Shown here piece after piece: positions 10,087 to 19,507 of a DNA stretch of 64,000 nt. Within the stretch, counting starts at the first letter, position 1, and every line of letters starts with the position of its first letter. Origin of the DNA: Pseudomonadota bacterium (GTDB lineage: Bacteria > Pseudomonadota > Gammaproteobacteria > Steroidobacterales > Woeseiaceae). The position numbers and the translations under genes are program-made. The stretch covers positions 14,371 through 78,370 of the forward strand of contig JBCBSC010000012.1 in assembly GCA_039819385.1 (NCBI GenBank). Direction: 5' to 3'. Below the pieces are notes generated by a model. That model saw only the letters and a list, made by a program, of their open reading frames with translations, did no database searches and had not been told where the DNA came from.

Positions 10087-10266
10087 CGGGTTTTCTTCGG
10101 GCGGCCTCAACTACGCAGTGCAACGATAATAGGACCAGCGGCGGCGGCCTGAGTTCGTCCGGGTGCGCGGCGCCGGCTAGCCCTAGTGTATACCAGAGAT
10201 CGCGCTTTTCAGGGCCTTGTTAACCGCTACGTTACAGAATGAAACGCCCGCCGGCGCGCTCGGCGC

Positions 10267-11346
10267 TCAAAAGTCCAGGCCCAGCTGGCGCTGTCCCGGA
10301 GGCTGGAACTGCGCGCAGTCGAGGCGCTGCTGATAACGATTCCGCGTCAGCCCGTGCCGGCGGGCGGCGGTTTCGAAGCGCCTCGCCAGCATGTCGGCGT
10401 AGGCTCCGCGCCCGCGCTGGCGGACGCCGAACGCCGAATTGTAATCTTTACCTCCGCCGGCCTGTCGAACGAGGCTCATGACGTGTCCGGCGCGGTCCGG
10501 GAAGTGCGTTTCCAGCCATTCCGTGAACAGCGGCCGGACTTCGTGCGGCAGCCGCAGAAAAACGTAGTGCGCCTGGGTCGCGCCGTGAGCCGCCACCGCT
10601 TCGAGTACGGCTTCTATTTCGTGATCGTTGATCGCGGGAATGAGCGGGGCCAGCAGCGTGCTGACGGGAATGCCCGCCGCGGTCAGCGACGCCATGAGCT
10701 TGAGCCGGCTCTGCGCGGAGGGTACCCGCGGCTCCATGAGGCGTTTCAGCTCGCTGTCAAGCGTCGGCAGGCTTAGCGCCACCGAGCACAGGCGCCGTTC
10801 GGCAAGCGCGGCCAGAAGATCGATGTCGCGCTGAATCAGGGTGCCTTTGGTGATCAGATTGACCGGGTGGCGATGCTTGAGGAACAGCTGCAGCAGCTGC
10901 CGCGTGATCTTCTGCACTTTCTCCAGCGGCTGGTACGGGTCGGTATTCGCGCCGATCGTGATCGGCTCGCACTGATAGCCCGGATGCGACCAGGCTGCCT
11001 CGAGCCGCTCCGCGGCGTTGGGCTTGTAGAAAATGCGCGATTCGAAGTCCAGGCCCGGCGAGAGGTCGAGGTAGCTGTGACTCGGGCGGGCATAACAGTA
11101 AATGCAGCCGTGCTCACAGCCCTGGTACGGGTTGATGGAGCGATTGAAGGGCACGTCCGGCGAGCTGTTGCTGGCAATTATCTTACCGGCCTGCATGGCC
11201 GTGTAGACGCTCGCAGGCGCGCTGTCCTGCCTCGCTTCGGCTTCCTCGGGGCAAAGATCGACGGTCTGTTTTGCGAAACGGCCGTCCCGGTCGGATACTG
11301 CGCCCCGGCCCTTGATGAACCTGGGTGGTGCAGACGGTGGTGACAT
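10267..11346 (-). CDS. Radical SAM protein, PA0069 / SplB-like (DNA-photolyase-like COG1533) family
   Basis: CEHGCIYCYA CxxxCxxC cluster near the N-terminus, with length and layout typical of this family. Confidence 0.85.
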   Translation of the reverse strand: MSPPSAPPRFIKGRGAVSDRDGRFAKQTVDLCPEEAEARQDSAPASVYTAMQAGKIIASNSSPDVPFNRSINPYQGCEHGCIYCYARPSHSYLDLSPGLDFESRIFYKPNAAERLEAAWSHPGYQCEPITIGANTDPYQPLEKVQKITRQLLQLFLKHRHPVNLITKGTLIQRDIDLLAALAERRLCSVALSLPTLDSELKRLMEPRVPSAQSRLKLMASLTAAGIPVSTLLAPLIPAINDHEIEAVLEAVAAHGATQAHYVFLRLPHEVRPLFTEWLETHFPDRAGHVMSLVRQAGGGKDYNSAFGVRQRGRGAYADMLARRFETAARRHGLTRNRYQQRLDCAQFQPPGQRQLGLDF

Positions 11347-11359
11347 GAGGCGCCTCGAA

Positions 11360-11379
11360 TACTGTATATAAAAACAGTA
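11360..11379. promoter_or_regulatory. LexA (SOS) box
   Basis: TACTGTATATAAAAACAGTA compared with the gammaproteobacterial consensus TACTG(TA)5CAGTA. Lies 14 nt upstream of the radical-SAM start codon. Confidence 0.75.
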
Positions 11380-11480
11380 CTCGAGTTTCGGCGCTCAGGT
11401 CAACCGGCTGTCCGCGGCGGCGGCGTACCGCCGGCAGGTCCCGATTCCTGGAGGCTAATTCAGTAGCCTAATTCAGCACC

Positions 11481-11834
11481 TCAATTGAGCACACGATAGC
11501 CGCGCCCGCGCATGCAGTTCTTCCAGACCTGCTGCTGATCCCGATCGGCCTCGAGGCCCGAGCGCACGCCGCCGTACAGGCCGCCGAAGCCCGCGCCGCG
11601 GCCCGCTTCGCCGTTGATCGCTCCGGCCGCCGCGCCGACCGCCGCGCCCACCGCGGTGCCTTTGGCGGTGCCTTCCGCAACCGAGATCTCTTTGGTGTAT
11701 TCCTCACACTCCGCCCGGTCGCGCGCATAAACCTCGGGATCGACGCCTTTGGTATCGACGATAGGCGACGGGTTTGCGGCGCAGCCTGCAAGTATCAGGA
11801 CGCTCACGGTCAGAATCAAGCATTTCCGTATCAT
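11481..11834 (-). CDS. Glycine-zipper outer-membrane lipoprotein
   Basis: Lipobox LILAGC. GTAVGAAVGAAAGAINGEAGRGAGFGGLYGG glycine zipper. Confidence 0.75.
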   Translation of the reverse strand: MIRKCLILTVSVLILAGCAANPSPIVDTKGVDPEVYARDRAECEEYTKEISVAEGTAKGTAVGAAVGAAAGAINGEAGRGAGFGGLYGGVRSGLEADRDQQQVWKNCMRGRGYRVLN

Positions 11835-11990
11835 TGGCGAACCCTCGAATAGTAGTTGCCGTACGCCGATTATGCCCAAGCTCACGACGCCTTACCTGAA
11901 TGGGACAGGCACCTCCCGGGAACAGTTCATAAGCCTTTAGCACAACGCGGAACCGGCTTATCCGTTGACCTCGGCGACGAGGCAGGATCA

Positions 11991-12015
11991 AGCAAAAGGC
12001 CCGCTGCCGCGGGCC
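11991..12015 (-). terminator. Rho-independent terminator downstream of the MscS-family gene
   Basis: Minus strand reads GGCCCGC-GGCA-GCGGGCC followed by TTTTGCTT. Confidence 0.6.
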
Positions 12016-12078
12016 CTGGTGCTTGCTCCTCAAATGCGGTACCGCGATACGGCGCTTGCCGGTTCGCGCCGGGATTCG

Positions 12079-12930
12079 TCAGGCGGAGCTCGCCTGGTAC
12101 AGATGTACGTCCTGCTGCGGGAACGGGAACGAAATGTCTTCCTGGTCGAAGCGTTTTTTGATCGCTTCGGTCATGTCGAAATGCACGCCCCAGTAATCCG
12201 CGGTCTTGACCCACGGGCGCAGCACGAAGTTGACGCTGGAATCGCCGAGTTCCGAAACCGCGATGGTGCATGCGGGCTCTGCGAGAATGCGGTCCTCGGC
12301 CGCAACCAGTTCCTCCAGCGTCTTGCGCACCTTGTCGAGATCGTCGTCGTAACTGACGCCAACGACCATGTCGACGCGGCGCATGTCGTTCGCAGAGTAG
12401 TTGGTGATGATGCTGTCCATGATCTGGCCGTTAGGCACGATAATCTTCTTGTTGTCGGGGGTCTTCAGCACCGTCGTCAGTATCTGCACCTGCTCTATCG
12501 AGCCGCTAATGCCGGCGGCTTCGACAAAATCGCCCACCTTGTAGGGCCGGAACAGCACGATCAGCACGCCCGCGGCGAAGTTCGACAGCGAGCCCTGCAG
12601 GGCCAGGCCCACAGCCAGGCCGGCGGCGCCGACCACTGCCACGAACTGTGCGCTTGGAACGCCGAGCGCCGTAATCGCGGCGATAATGACAAACACCAGC
12701 AGCGACATGCGTACGAGGTTGCCGACGAACGACGACAGGGTCGCGTCGACGTCGTTCTTGTCCATGAGCTTTCTTAGAGCGCGGACGAGCAGGCCGACTA
12801 TCCACTTACCGATGTAAAATATGAGGATTGCGGTGACGAGGTTTATCGCAAACTCGGTGCCTTCCCTTTGCACGAGTTCGAGGAGTTCGGCACCGTAGTC
12901 GCGCAGTTGCGACACTTGTTCTTCGTTCAT
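12079..12930 (-). CDS. Small-conductance mechanosensitive channel (MscS family)
   Basis: Three N-terminal TM helices followed by a typical MscS beta-domain (VGDFVEAAGISGSIEQVQILTTVLKTPDNKKIIVPNG). Confidence 0.9.
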   Translation of the reverse strand: MNEEQVSQLRDYGAELLELVQREGTEFAINLVTAILIFYIGKWIVGLLVRALRKLMDKNDVDATLSSFVGNLVRMSLLVFVIIAAITALGVPSAQFVAVVGAAGLAVGLALQGSLSNFAAGVLIVLFRPYKVGDFVEAAGISGSIEQVQILTTVLKTPDNKKIIVPNGQIMDSIITNYSANDMRRVDMVVGVSYDDDLDKVRKTLEELVAAEDRILAEPACTIAVSELGDSSVNFVLRPWVKTADYWGVHFDMTEAIKKRFDQEDISFPFPQQDVHLYQASSA

Positions 12931-13814
12931 GGTGATTCCTTACTGCTGTTTTGACTCAGTACGAGCCAGTTTCCAATGAGGGTAAGAAGGATGCCGAGAG
13001 CGGCTGTAAAACTCCAGCGGTATCCTTCGACGAAGGTTGACATGATCAGTGCGACCACGGGAAACAGCACCGAGCTGTAGGCAGCGCGCGATGCACCAAT
13101 TCGGCGCAGCAGCGCAATGTAACAGCCGAAGGCGACCGCGGAGCCGAAAACTGCCAGATACAGCAGTGACACGAGATAGTCCGTGTCGAACGAGAACTTG
13201 AGCGGTCTCGATTGGGCGACCGCGAGCAGCAGCGACAGCGTGCCGCCGAGCAGCATGCCGTGCGCGTTCACCGCCACGACCGGAAGCTGCCGCGCCGCGT
13301 TGGCCACGGCGCTCATGTTGCCGAGCGACGCCGACAGCGTTCCGCCGAGCACCAGCGCAATGCCGAGCAGCGCCTCGCCGCGCGAATCCGGCAGGCGAAA
13401 CTCGGGCCAGAACAAGAGCCCAATGCCCGTAATACCGACCGCCCCCGCGAGCAGCGAGCGACCGTCGACGCTGGTCTTGAAGAACAGCCGGCCGAATATC
13501 GCGTTGAGTATTACGATCAGGCTGAACAGAACGGCCACGAGGCCGGAACTCAAGTACGCCGTGCCATGGTAAATGAACAGATAGTTGATGCAGAACAGCA
13601 AGAGGCCCTGCAGCAGCACCGTCGGCAGGGCGGATAGCGGTACGGCCAGCCGGCGGCGCGTGAGAACGGCGTATACGTACAGTAGCAAAGCAGCGAGCAG
13701 GAAGCGGTAGCCCACCGACACCTCGACGTCGATGTCTCCAAGCTGGAACGGGATTGCAACCCAGGTCGTGCCCCAGATAAGCACGACGCTCGCGTAGAGC
13801 AGCAGAGTTTGCAT
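12927..13814 (-). CDS. EamA/DMT-family transporter
   Basis: About ten TM helices in a duplicated EamA-like layout. Its stop overlaps the MscS start (ATGA). Confidence 0.85.
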   Translation of the reverse strand: MQTLLLYASVVLIWGTTWVAIPFQLGDIDVEVSVGYRFLLAALLLYVYAVLTRRRLAVPLSALPTVLLQGLLLFCINYLFIYHGTAYLSSGLVAVLFSLIVILNAIFGRLFFKTSVDGRSLLAGAVGITGIGLLFWPEFRLPDSRGEALLGIALVLGGTLSASLGNMSAVANAARQLPVVAVNAHGMLLGGTLSLLLAVAQSRPLKFSFDTDYLVSLLYLAVFGSAVAFGCYIALLRRIGASRAAYSSVLFPVVALIMSTFVEGYRWSFTAALGILLTLIGNWLVLSQNSSKESP

Positions 13815-13885
13815 TGCGGTTCCGAGCGTACGAAAGGCGAGAGCCTACCCGAGCTCGACGCCGATTGCAGCAAATGGCCCTTTGT

Positions 13886-15016
13886 TTATCGTTGTTCCCG
13901 GTCGTTGCTGACGGTCGAAGTGACGGGGCGTAGCCGATACAAAACGAACGGACCCTGGCTGCGAATGTCGTCGGCAGAACTCAGTACGATGTCGGGCAGA
14001 GCGCTGTCCGTCACGTATAACCAGCCGTCCGGGCCTACGGTGATGCCTTCGGGCCAGCGAATGCTTTTCGACTGGATCAGTGTGCGAGCTTTGCGGTCGG
14101 GGCCGATACGATAGACGGCATGGTGTTCGACGTCGGTTACGTAGACCGTACCTTGAGAGTCTATTGCAAAGCCGTCGCTAAGCGGTTTGGTCGCGTAATA
14201 CTCCACCGCAGCGGCAAGCTGGCTGTCGGGCAGGTAACGCGTCGTCAGGTCTTCGAGCGGCACGCGATACAGTCCGGAACCCGAGATCGCGCCGAAGTAG
14301 ACCCAGTCCTCATCCATCGCAATGCCGTTCACTCCGCCTCTCAGCGTAACGATGCCGCCGAGAAACGACATCTCCCGATTGTTACTTTCGATGACGTACT
14401 TCTCGGCCGATACTGACGGGTGCGACTCGAGCACCCTGCGCGTGGAGCCCGATTCGACTTCGTAGACGATCAGCGCCGGGCTCTTCCGCCAGTAGCTCGA
14501 ATCGCCAATGACGATGGCCTCGCCGTCCGGGCTCACGGCGAGGTCCTGCAGAAAAGAGCCGGTCGGAGCGATAATCGAGTTGAAGCGTTCGTCGGCGATC
14601 AACTCGCCGCTGGCGATATCGAAACCCAGCAGGCGCGGCTGCCGCAGCCCGTGATTGCCGTGATCGATGACCCACAGCCGGCCCTGGCGGTCTGCGACGA
14701 TGCCGAGCGGCGTATCGTAAAGCGTCTGCTGCGACTTGCCGTCCGGCCAGGGCTCCGCGGCGCCGTCGACAAACTCGAGCAGCTTGTTGCCGTCTGGCCT
14801 GGCTTCGGAGTGGACGGTGAAAAACACCCGGCCGTCTTCGGAGACCGCAACGTTGCCGAGCGGTTCGGGGTAGCGCAGCACCTCTTCCAGCGACGATTGA
14901 TTGAGTAGCGGGGTAGACAGCAGATTGGGATAGGCTTCGCCGCCGCCGTAGCGGACCCACGCAATCGTGGCTGACGAGATAGCGAGAATGACTATGAGCA
15001 GAAAAAGTTTCTTCAT
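13886..15016 (-). CDS. Secreted beta-propeller protein (MRJP/yellow-like or SMP-30/strictosidine-synthase-like fold)
   Basis: Start at MKKLFLLIVILAISSA (signal peptide). Repeated blade-like segments (WVIDHGNHG, IVIGDSS, VYVTDVEHH, LYVTDSA). Family assignment is tentative. Confidence 0.65.
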   Translation of the reverse strand: MKKLFLLIVILAISSATIAWVRYGGGEAYPNLLSTPLLNQSSLEEVLRYPEPLGNVAVSEDGRVFFTVHSEARPDGNKLLEFVDGAAEPWPDGKSQQTLYDTPLGIVADRQGRLWVIDHGNHGLRQPRLLGFDIASGELIADERFNSIIAPTGSFLQDLAVSPDGEAIVIGDSSYWRKSPALIVYEVESGSTRRVLESHPSVSAEKYVIESNNREMSFLGGIVTLRGGVNGIAMDEDWVYFGAISGSGLYRVPLEDLTTRYLPDSQLAAAVEYYATKPLSDGFAIDSQGTVYVTDVEHHAVYRIGPDRKARTLIQSKSIRWPEGITVGPDGWLYVTDSALPDIVLSSADDIRSQGPFVLYRLRPVTSTVSNDREQR

Positions 15017-15080
15017 CGCGAAGAGACGTGTTTCCGGATTCGGGACCCCACTAGTGATTGTACAGCTTTGACCGTTGAAG

Positions 15081-15959
15081 TCAGCCGAAGAAAGCCATGC
15101 ACCAGGCGAACGAGAGCAGCAGCAACGCAATGAGCCCCGCGACCTGCTGCCGCCGTGCGCAGTGTATCCACGGACCCGCGGCGACGAGCAGCACGCCGCC
15201 CGAGAAACCGAACACGAAGCCCATCAGATGAGCGCCTATGTCCGTGTTCTCGTCGCCCGTACCGGTAAACATGAGCAGTGCCAGCCCGCCTACAATGGGG
15301 CCCAAGCGATATACCCAACGATCCTGCCGCATGAATTTACCGCGCCAAACAAATCCCGCGCTGACGCCCAACGCCGCAAATACGGCCGTTGACGCGCCGA
15401 TCGCCCGATGGCCGGGATCCAGGAACAGCGTGTTGAGCAGATTGCCGAGCGCGCCCGCAACGACGATTACGAGCCAGCCGATTCCGGAGCCCGTAAGCCT
15501 GCCGGCGAACCAGCCGAAGAACAGTCCGAACACCAGGTTTCCGACCAGGTGTTCGAGGTCCAGATGCAGGCTCAGCGCAGTGACGGTTCGCCACCACTCG
15601 CCGTCGCGCAGCAAGGCGCCGTCAATCCGTCCCGCGGCCAGCCAATCGAGACCAAACGCGGAGCGGCCGGCAAGACCGGCAACCAGACAGACGCACAGAA
15701 AGTAAGCGACTACGCCCGGCAGCGCGTCGTGATACTGGATGACCGGCGTCGCGGCGGGTTCCTGCCGGGCGTTCTCGCTGTCGTACAGCCTGAGTTCGTC
15801 GCCGGCCCGAATCGAGTACTCCTGAGGTACCAGCAAGGCGGACGAACCTGCGTCGTGCACCGTTTCATGCGGTATGCCGGCAGCCGCGAGTACCAGCGCG
15901 CGATCCGCACAGGCGCGGCGGTTGCTGCTCTCGAAAACGACACGGTATTCGTCTGCCAT
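15081..15959 (-). CDS. Rhomboid-family intramembrane serine protease with an N-terminal cytoplasmic domain
   Basis: GASTAVFAALG (GxSxxxF) and AHLMGFVFG (catalytic His) motifs in a six-TM core. Its ATG shares one base with the upstream stop (TGATG). Confidence 0.85.
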   Translation of the reverse strand: MADEYRVVFESSNRRACADRALVLAAAGIPHETVHDAGSSALLVPQEYSIRAGDELRLYDSENARQEPAATPVIQYHDALPGVVAYFLCVCLVAGLAGRSAFGLDWLAAGRIDGALLRDGEWWRTVTALSLHLDLEHLVGNLVFGLFFGWFAGRLTGSGIGWLVIVVAGALGNLLNTLFLDPGHRAIGASTAVFAALGVSAGFVWRGKFMRQDRWVYRLGPIVGGLALLMFTGTGDENTDIGAHLMGFVFGFSGGVLLVAAGPWIHCARRQQVAGLIALLLLSFAWCMAFFG

Positions 15960-16870
15960 CAAACCGATGTGCGGTGTGTCTCCGGGTTTCCAAGCGCCCG
16001 GCTGTCCGGCGTCCCGAGCAAGCGCAGTACCGCCGTGAGCGTATCGCTGCAGTCCGCGTCCAGTTTTAGCGCCGCGAGTTCGTCCGCGCGCGTGCGGCCG
16101 CGATTGAGAATTGCGACCGGTTTGTCGAGCGCCGCGGCGCGGCGCGGAAAGCGCAGGCCGGAATACACCATGAGGGAGGAGCCAATGACGAGCAGGGCCT
16201 CTGCCTCCACAATCGCGGCGTATGCCCGTTCGACCCGGTCGGGCGGCACGTTTTCACCGAAAAACACGACATCCGGTTTGACGATACCTCCGCATGCCGG
16301 ACAGTCCGGTACCGAAAACCGGCTGCTGTCTTCATCTTCGAGCACGGCATCGCCGTCCGGCTTGAACGACAGCACGGTACGCCGCCAATGCGGGTTCGAC
16401 CGCTCGAGCAATGCCTGCCAGACCGGTCGCCGTTGCCGCCAGCCGCAGTCCATGCAGATCACTCGATCGAGACGGCCGTGCAGGTCGACGACGCCATCGC
16501 TGCCTGCACGGCTATGCAAGCCGTCGACGTTTTGTGTAATCAGCAGGTTGAGGTGCCCGCGCTTTTCGAGTTCCACGAGCGCACGATGAGCCGCGTTTGG
16601 CTCTGCGCCGGACATGCGCTGCCAGCCGACAAAACTGCGGGCCCAGTAGCGCTTACGGCCCGCCGGAGAATCCCTGAATTCAGCGAACTGCATGGGCCGT
16701 GCGTGTTTCCAGTTGCCGTCGCGATCACGGTAGTCGGGAATGCCCGATCCAGTGCTGATCCCCGCTCCCGTGACGACGCTAATACGGGAGTGACGTCGAA
16801 AAAAGTCTGCAAGTTCGCGGGCGGCTTCGCTCATGCCGGGATTGCAGCACCCGGGAGACAGCGCCGTCAA
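15959..16870 (-). CDS. cobB: NAD-dependent protein deacylase (Sir2 family)
   Basis: GAGISTGSGIPDYRD and QNVDGLH motifs plus a CxxC...CxxC zinc ribbon. An alternative start 36 nt downstream (MSEAARE) is possible. Confidence 0.9.
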   Translation of the reverse strand: MTALSPGCCNPGMSEAARELADFFRRHSRISVVTGAGISTGSGIPDYRDRDGNWKHARPMQFAEFRDSPAGRKRYWARSFVGWQRMSGAEPNAAHRALVELEKRGHLNLLITQNVDGLHSRAGSDGVVDLHGRLDRVICMDCGWRQRRPVWQALLERSNPHWRRTVLSFKPDGDAVLEDEDSSRFSVPDCPACGGIVKPDVVFFGENVPPDRVERAYAAIVEAEALLVIGSSLMVYSGLRFPRRAAALDKPVAILNRGRTRADELAALKLDADCSDTLTAVLRLLGTPDSRALGNPETHRTSV

Positions 16871-17220
16871 GCTGCGCCGTTTGCCGGGCCTGGCCGCGAA
16901 AACCGGATAAGGCGAATTCCGGCGACGCTCGAAGGCGCGGGGCCCGCCGGTTTCAGCTTGCGTTCAGCGCATGCCCCGCACACTTGCCATTAATGCAAAT
17001 CAGGAATGCAAAGCAGGCACGACATCATGACCGTATTCAAACGACTCTATTTTGCCACGGCGCTGATCGCAGCCGTGTTCCTGGCGATTTCGCTGTTCTG
17101 AACGCGTGCGGCCCGACAAGCGCCGACTGCAAGCCCTGACAGCGCCCGCCGCCGCGCTTCGCAAGTACCGAATCTGGGTTAAGCTCCGGAGCCTTACGGT
17201 TCGAGATAGCAGGAGGGGGT

Positions 17221-17805
17221 ATGCGTATTCCGGTCGCAGCGGCCATGGCCGTCACGGCGGGCGTTGCCGCGATTGCCGTCACTATGGGCGCCGCCGCGCA
17301 TGCGGAGGTGCTGAGTTCCGCGCCTGGCGGATTTGTGGTTTCTCACGAGGTCGTCGTTGAGGCAGGGCGGGCCGCCGTCTATACAGCGGCCGTTGCCGAT
17401 GTCGGCCGCTGGTGGAGCAGCGACCATACGGTATCCGGGGACGCCGCTCGGCTCAGCATCGATCCGCGGCCGATGGGCTGTTTTTGCGAGATGCTCGAAG
17501 ACGGCAACGGCGTTGTGCATCTTACGGTTAGCTTCGTTAACGAGGACGTGATCGTTCGTTTGACCGGGGGGCTGGGTCCGCTGGGGCTCATGGGCGTGGC
17601 CGGGAATATGACCTGGGAGTTCTTCGACGCTGACGGCGGTGGGACACGGGTGAAATGGACTTATGCGGTGGGCGGCTATCGCGACGGCGGTCTCGATGCC
17701 GTGGCGGGCCCCGTCGACCGCGTGATCAGCGGGGCGCTGGAGCGCCTGAAGGCGCACATCGAAACCGGCGACCCGGCCGGCATCGCCGCGCCGGCGACGC
17801 CGTAG
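17221..17805 (+). CDS. Exported SRPBCC/AHSA1-like protein
   Basis: Signal peptide MRIPVAAAMAVTAGVAAIAVTMGAAAHA followed by a START/SRPBCC-like domain of about 150 aa. Confidence 0.7.
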   Translation: MRIPVAAAMAVTAGVAAIAVTMGAAAHAEVLSSAPGGFVVSHEVVVEAGRAAVYTAAVADVGRWWSSDHTVSGDAARLSIDPRPMGCFCEMLEDGNGVVHLTVSFVNEDVIVRLTGGLGPLGLMGVAGNMTWEFFDADGGGTRVKWTYAVGGYRDGGLDAVAGPVDRVISGALERLKAHIETGDPAGIAAPATP

Positions 17806-18563
17806 TGAGCGACGGCGACACTCGTGCGTCAGCAACCGTCGTGCTGCTGCGCGAGGGTAAACGCAAGCCCGAGTTGCTGCTGGTTCAGCGGCATGCCGCC
17901 ACGGCTTTCGGCGGTACCTGGGCGTTTCCGGGCGGGGTGCTCGATCCGGACGATGCACAGGTGGCAAGCGCTTGCGCAGGCGTGTCGGCCGCGGCAGCAG
18001 ACGCCCTGCTGAATACGGATTCCGCGCTCGACTACTTCAGCGCGGCGGTGCGCGAGCTGTTCGAGGAAACGGGCGTGCTGCTGGCACGGTCCGACGCCGA
18101 GCCCCCGCGAACGGACCGTGTAGCGCTGAATACGGGCGCTCTCCGCTGGCGGGATTTCGTGACGGCACGTTCGCTCCGTCTGGACTGTGCGGCTTTGCAC
18201 TACTTCAGCTACTGGGTAACCCCTAAAGATGTCGGCAAACGCTTTCGCACGCGATTCTTCGTTGCGGAGCTGCCGGCAGGACAGTGCGCGGCGCACTGCG
18301 GCCGCGAGTTGACCGATTCGCAGTGGCTGACGGCGGAAGAGGCGTTGCGCCGTCATTGCGAAGACGAGCTGGCGATGATATTCCCGACGCTTAAGACGCT
18401 CGAGTGGCTGCAGCCGTTCGACAGCGTGGCGGCCGCGATTCTCGAGGCAAGACAGTTGGCGGCGGAAGGGGTTGTGGAGATGCTGCCGAAAGCGATTACC
18501 GTCGACGGCGAGCGGCGCATCCTGTTGCCTGGCGAACCGGGTTACGCGGAGATACCCGCATGA
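17805..18563 (+). CDS. NUDIX hydrolase
   Basis: GTG start overlaps the upstream TAG (TAGTG). GGVLDPDD...AAVRELFEETGV matches the Nudix box GX5EX7REUXEEXGU. Confidence 0.8.
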   Translation: MSDGDTRASATVVLLREGKRKPELLLVQRHAATAFGGTWAFPGGVLDPDDAQVASACAGVSAAAADALLNTDSALDYFSAAVRELFEETGVLLARSDAEPPRTDRVALNTGALRWRDFVTARSLRLDCAALHYFSYWVTPKDVGKRFRTRFFVAELPAGQCAAHCGRELTDSQWLTAEEALRRHCEDELAMIFPTLKTLEWLQPFDSVAAAILEARQLAAEGVVEMLPKAITVDGERRILLPGEPGYAEIPA

Positions 18564-19396
18564 CGGGCTTCGGGCACGCTCCGCCGCACGTGGCCCGTCT
18601 GGCCGACGGAGTGAGCCGCGTGCTGGCGCCGAATCCGTCGATGATGACCGGACCCGGAACCAACACGTATCTGTTCGGCAGGCATGCGGTTGCCGTGGTC
18701 GATCCGGGCCCGGCGATACCTGAGCATCTCGATGCCGTAGAGCAAGCGGCGGCCGGCCCCATACGCTTCATACTGGTTACCCACACTCACCCGGACCACT
18801 CGCCGGCAGCGGCCCTGCTGGCAGAGCGAACGGGTGCGCAATTGCTGGGCCGGCCGGCACCCGACGGGCCGCATCAGGATGCGACGTTTGTGCCGGCGCG
18901 GATTCTGGCGGACGGTGAGGTATTGCAGACCGACGAGTTTCAACTCGAAGCCATACATACCCCTGGACATGCATCGAATCACCTTTGCTACCGGCACGTG
19001 GAGACCAACTGGCTCGTGACGGGCGATCACGTTATCGAAGGCTCGACCGTGGTGATCGATCCTCCCGACGGCAATATGGCCGACTACATTGCGTCCCTCG
19101 AGAAGCTCAAGCGTTTGAACTGTGCGGCGCTGCTGCCGGGTCACGGCGAGCGCATCGACGATCCCCGGCGCGCGATCGACTGGATTGTCGAACACCGGCT
19201 TGCCCGCGAAGCCACAGTACTCGCGGCGCTTACGGCAAATCCGGATTCGACCGGCCGTGAGCTGGTGGCGAAGGTCTATACCGACGTGCCCGCGGAGCTC
19301 CATCCGCTTGCGGAACGCTCGCTGCTGGCCCATCTCGAGAAACTCGGGGAAGAGGCGCGAGCGTCGTGCGCGGCCGGCCGCTGGAGCGCGCTGTAG
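18560..19396 (+). CDS. MBL-fold metallo-hydrolase
   Basis: ATGA overlap with the NUDIX gene. THTHPDHS and HTPGHASNH metal-binding motifs. Confidence 0.85.
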   Translation: MTGFGHAPPHVARLADGVSRVLAPNPSMMTGPGTNTYLFGRHAVAVVDPGPAIPEHLDAVEQAAAGPIRFILVTHTHPDHSPAAALLAERTGAQLLGRPAPDGPHQDATFVPARILADGEVLQTDEFQLEAIHTPGHASNHLCYRHVETNWLVTGDHVIEGSTVVIDPPDGNMADYIASLEKLKRLNCAALLPGHGERIDDPRRAIDWIVEHRLAREATVLAALTANPDSTGRELVAKVYTDVPAELHPLAERSLLAHLEKLGEEARASCAAGRWSAL

Positions 19397-19507
19397 CCGC
19401 CGGCAGGGCCGCCAGAAAAACCCTCGAGCGGATTGAACCCGAAAGATACGCCCCTGGACGCCAGGGTAAGGCGCTGCGCTTTGCCTTGCCCAAGGCTTTG
19501 CCTGGCA

